Positions 62,935-64,000 of a stretch of DNA of 64,000 nucleotides are shown piece after piece; position 1 is the stretch's first letter, and each line of letters begins with the position of its first letter. The position numbers were made by a program, and so were the translations under genes. Below the pieces are notes generated by a model. The model was not told the DNA's origin. It was given only the letters and a program-made list of their open reading frames with translations, and ran no database searches. This stretch comes from Felis catus (taxonomy: Eukaryota): the NCBI RefSeq assembly GCF_018350175.1, contig NC_058383.1, positions 25,422,001 through 25,486,000 of the forward strand, written 5' to 3'.

Positions 62935-63129
62935 TGGCTAGTGGTATGCAGGTAAACTGGCTCTCAGGAAAAGAAACAAACCTTGGTTTGTAACATTTGA
63001 AGATGTCACTGATGTAAATAATCCCACCATGACTAAACCACCAACGGTTTAACAACTGCTTCCAAAATTCTTGACTATTTAAGAGTCTGTTCGCATTAGC
63101 CAGTGGGAGCTGGATTCAGCATAATACTG
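62935..63129. mobile_element. MER63-like hAT relic
   Basis: CTGGCTCTC...TTTGTAACATTTG...GTAAATAATCCCACCATG...GAGCTGGATTCAGCATAATACTG. Confidence 0.6.
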
Positions 63130-63699
63130 CATCCTCCAAAGGAAGAAAAAGAGAAGAATCCTTGCAGAGAGGAGGTATTTATAAGAGAAAAGAATTTTTT
63201 TAGCCCCTTTGTGTTTTCAATTTTATTAACTGAAAGTCTAGGGCTCTTATAATCTCAGAAGACCTCCTTCCTCAAATCCCCAGAGCTAGAGGAGAAGCAA
63301 GGGACAACTCCAATGACCTCAGGGTAGCCAGTTACAATTCTTGAGATATGTAGAAAGTTCCATCACTCACTCACCCAGAATCTCTAGCAAAAGCACATAT
63401 GGCCTAAACTAAAGCTCTTCTTTCTACCTTAGGATTTGTGTTTAATGTTATTATCAAAACACTGATTCAAAGAAATTCTGCCTTCTGTGAACATCTGTTG
63501 CCACTGATTAGAAACCACTTAGCACCAAGCCATTTTCCATTTGCCCAATATTAACTGCAAACAGACACCATGGCCAAGTTCTTCCAAATAACTTGTAATA
63601 AACTGGGATGTTTCCTTAAATGTACATGCAGATGAAGACTCACCATAGCAACTAGGAGCGCCAGGAAGCAAAATGCATTACTGTGAACATGAAGGTAGC

Positions 63700-64000
63700 T
63701 GCATTAGTCTGGATTCTCATAGAAACAAAACCAATAGGAGATATATACACAGACACAGATATAGAAACAGATATAGATATTTACTATAAGGAATTGGCCC
63801 ACATGATAACGGGAGCTTAAAAGTTCAAGATCTGCAGTTGGCAAGCTGGAGATCCAGAAGAGAATCAATGGTGGAAGTTCCAGTCCAAGTCTTTGGGCTG
63901 ATAGTATAGTTTCAGTCTGAGTCTGAGTTCAGAGGCAGGAAAAGACTGATGTCCCAACTCAAAAATAGTCAGGTAGGGAGAAAAGCTTCTTTCTCACTCA
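63700..64000 (-). mobile_element. MLT2 (ERVL) LTR, runs off the window end
   Basis: ATTAGTCTGGATTCTCATAGAAACAAAACCAATAGGAG...TAAGGAATTGGCCCACATGAT. Confidence 0.85.

Noticed and set aside
1..64000. Short ORFs in the six-frame track as host genes
   Set aside because: Nearly all overlap SINEs (SLSLSL, ERERER), microsatellites, L1/L2/MLT relics or ERV fragments; none outside the ERV and L1 resembles a protein I recognise, and no exon chain is evident.
1..64000. CRISPR-like arrays or prokaryotic systems
   Set aside because: The sequence is mammalian and no regularly spaced repeat-spacer array was seen.

Overview
Mammalian, most likely felid, non-coding genomic DNA: it carries about 22 carnivore tRNA-derived SINEs, several of the young feline SINEC_Fc type, and a feline-type L1 3' end. 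I can support no host protein-coding exon. Almost all ORFs in the track are by-products of SINEs, microsatellites or other repeats. The dominant feature is an old, decayed, nearly full-length class I (ERV1) provirus on the + strand at 11867-21393. It has a complete 377-bp 5' LTR, a degenerate tRNA-Leu-like PBS, gag, pro-pol (PR, RT, RNase H, IN), env with an ISD and TM anchor, a PPT and a truncated 3' LTR. The provirus sits inside an older L1 whose target-site duplication is still readable. A later deletion at a TACCT microhomology fused the 3' LTR to the L1 3' UTR, and seven SINEs, including two SINE-in-SINE nests, then inserted into the provirus. The rest is MIR, L2, L1M, MLT and MER relics, simple repeats and short unique islands that may be regulatory. 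I found no convincing wholly new biological system; the ERV lineage and its env are the best candidates for something undescribed. Repeat subfamily names are recalled from consensus sequences rather than from a search, and boundaries of old repeats are approximate.
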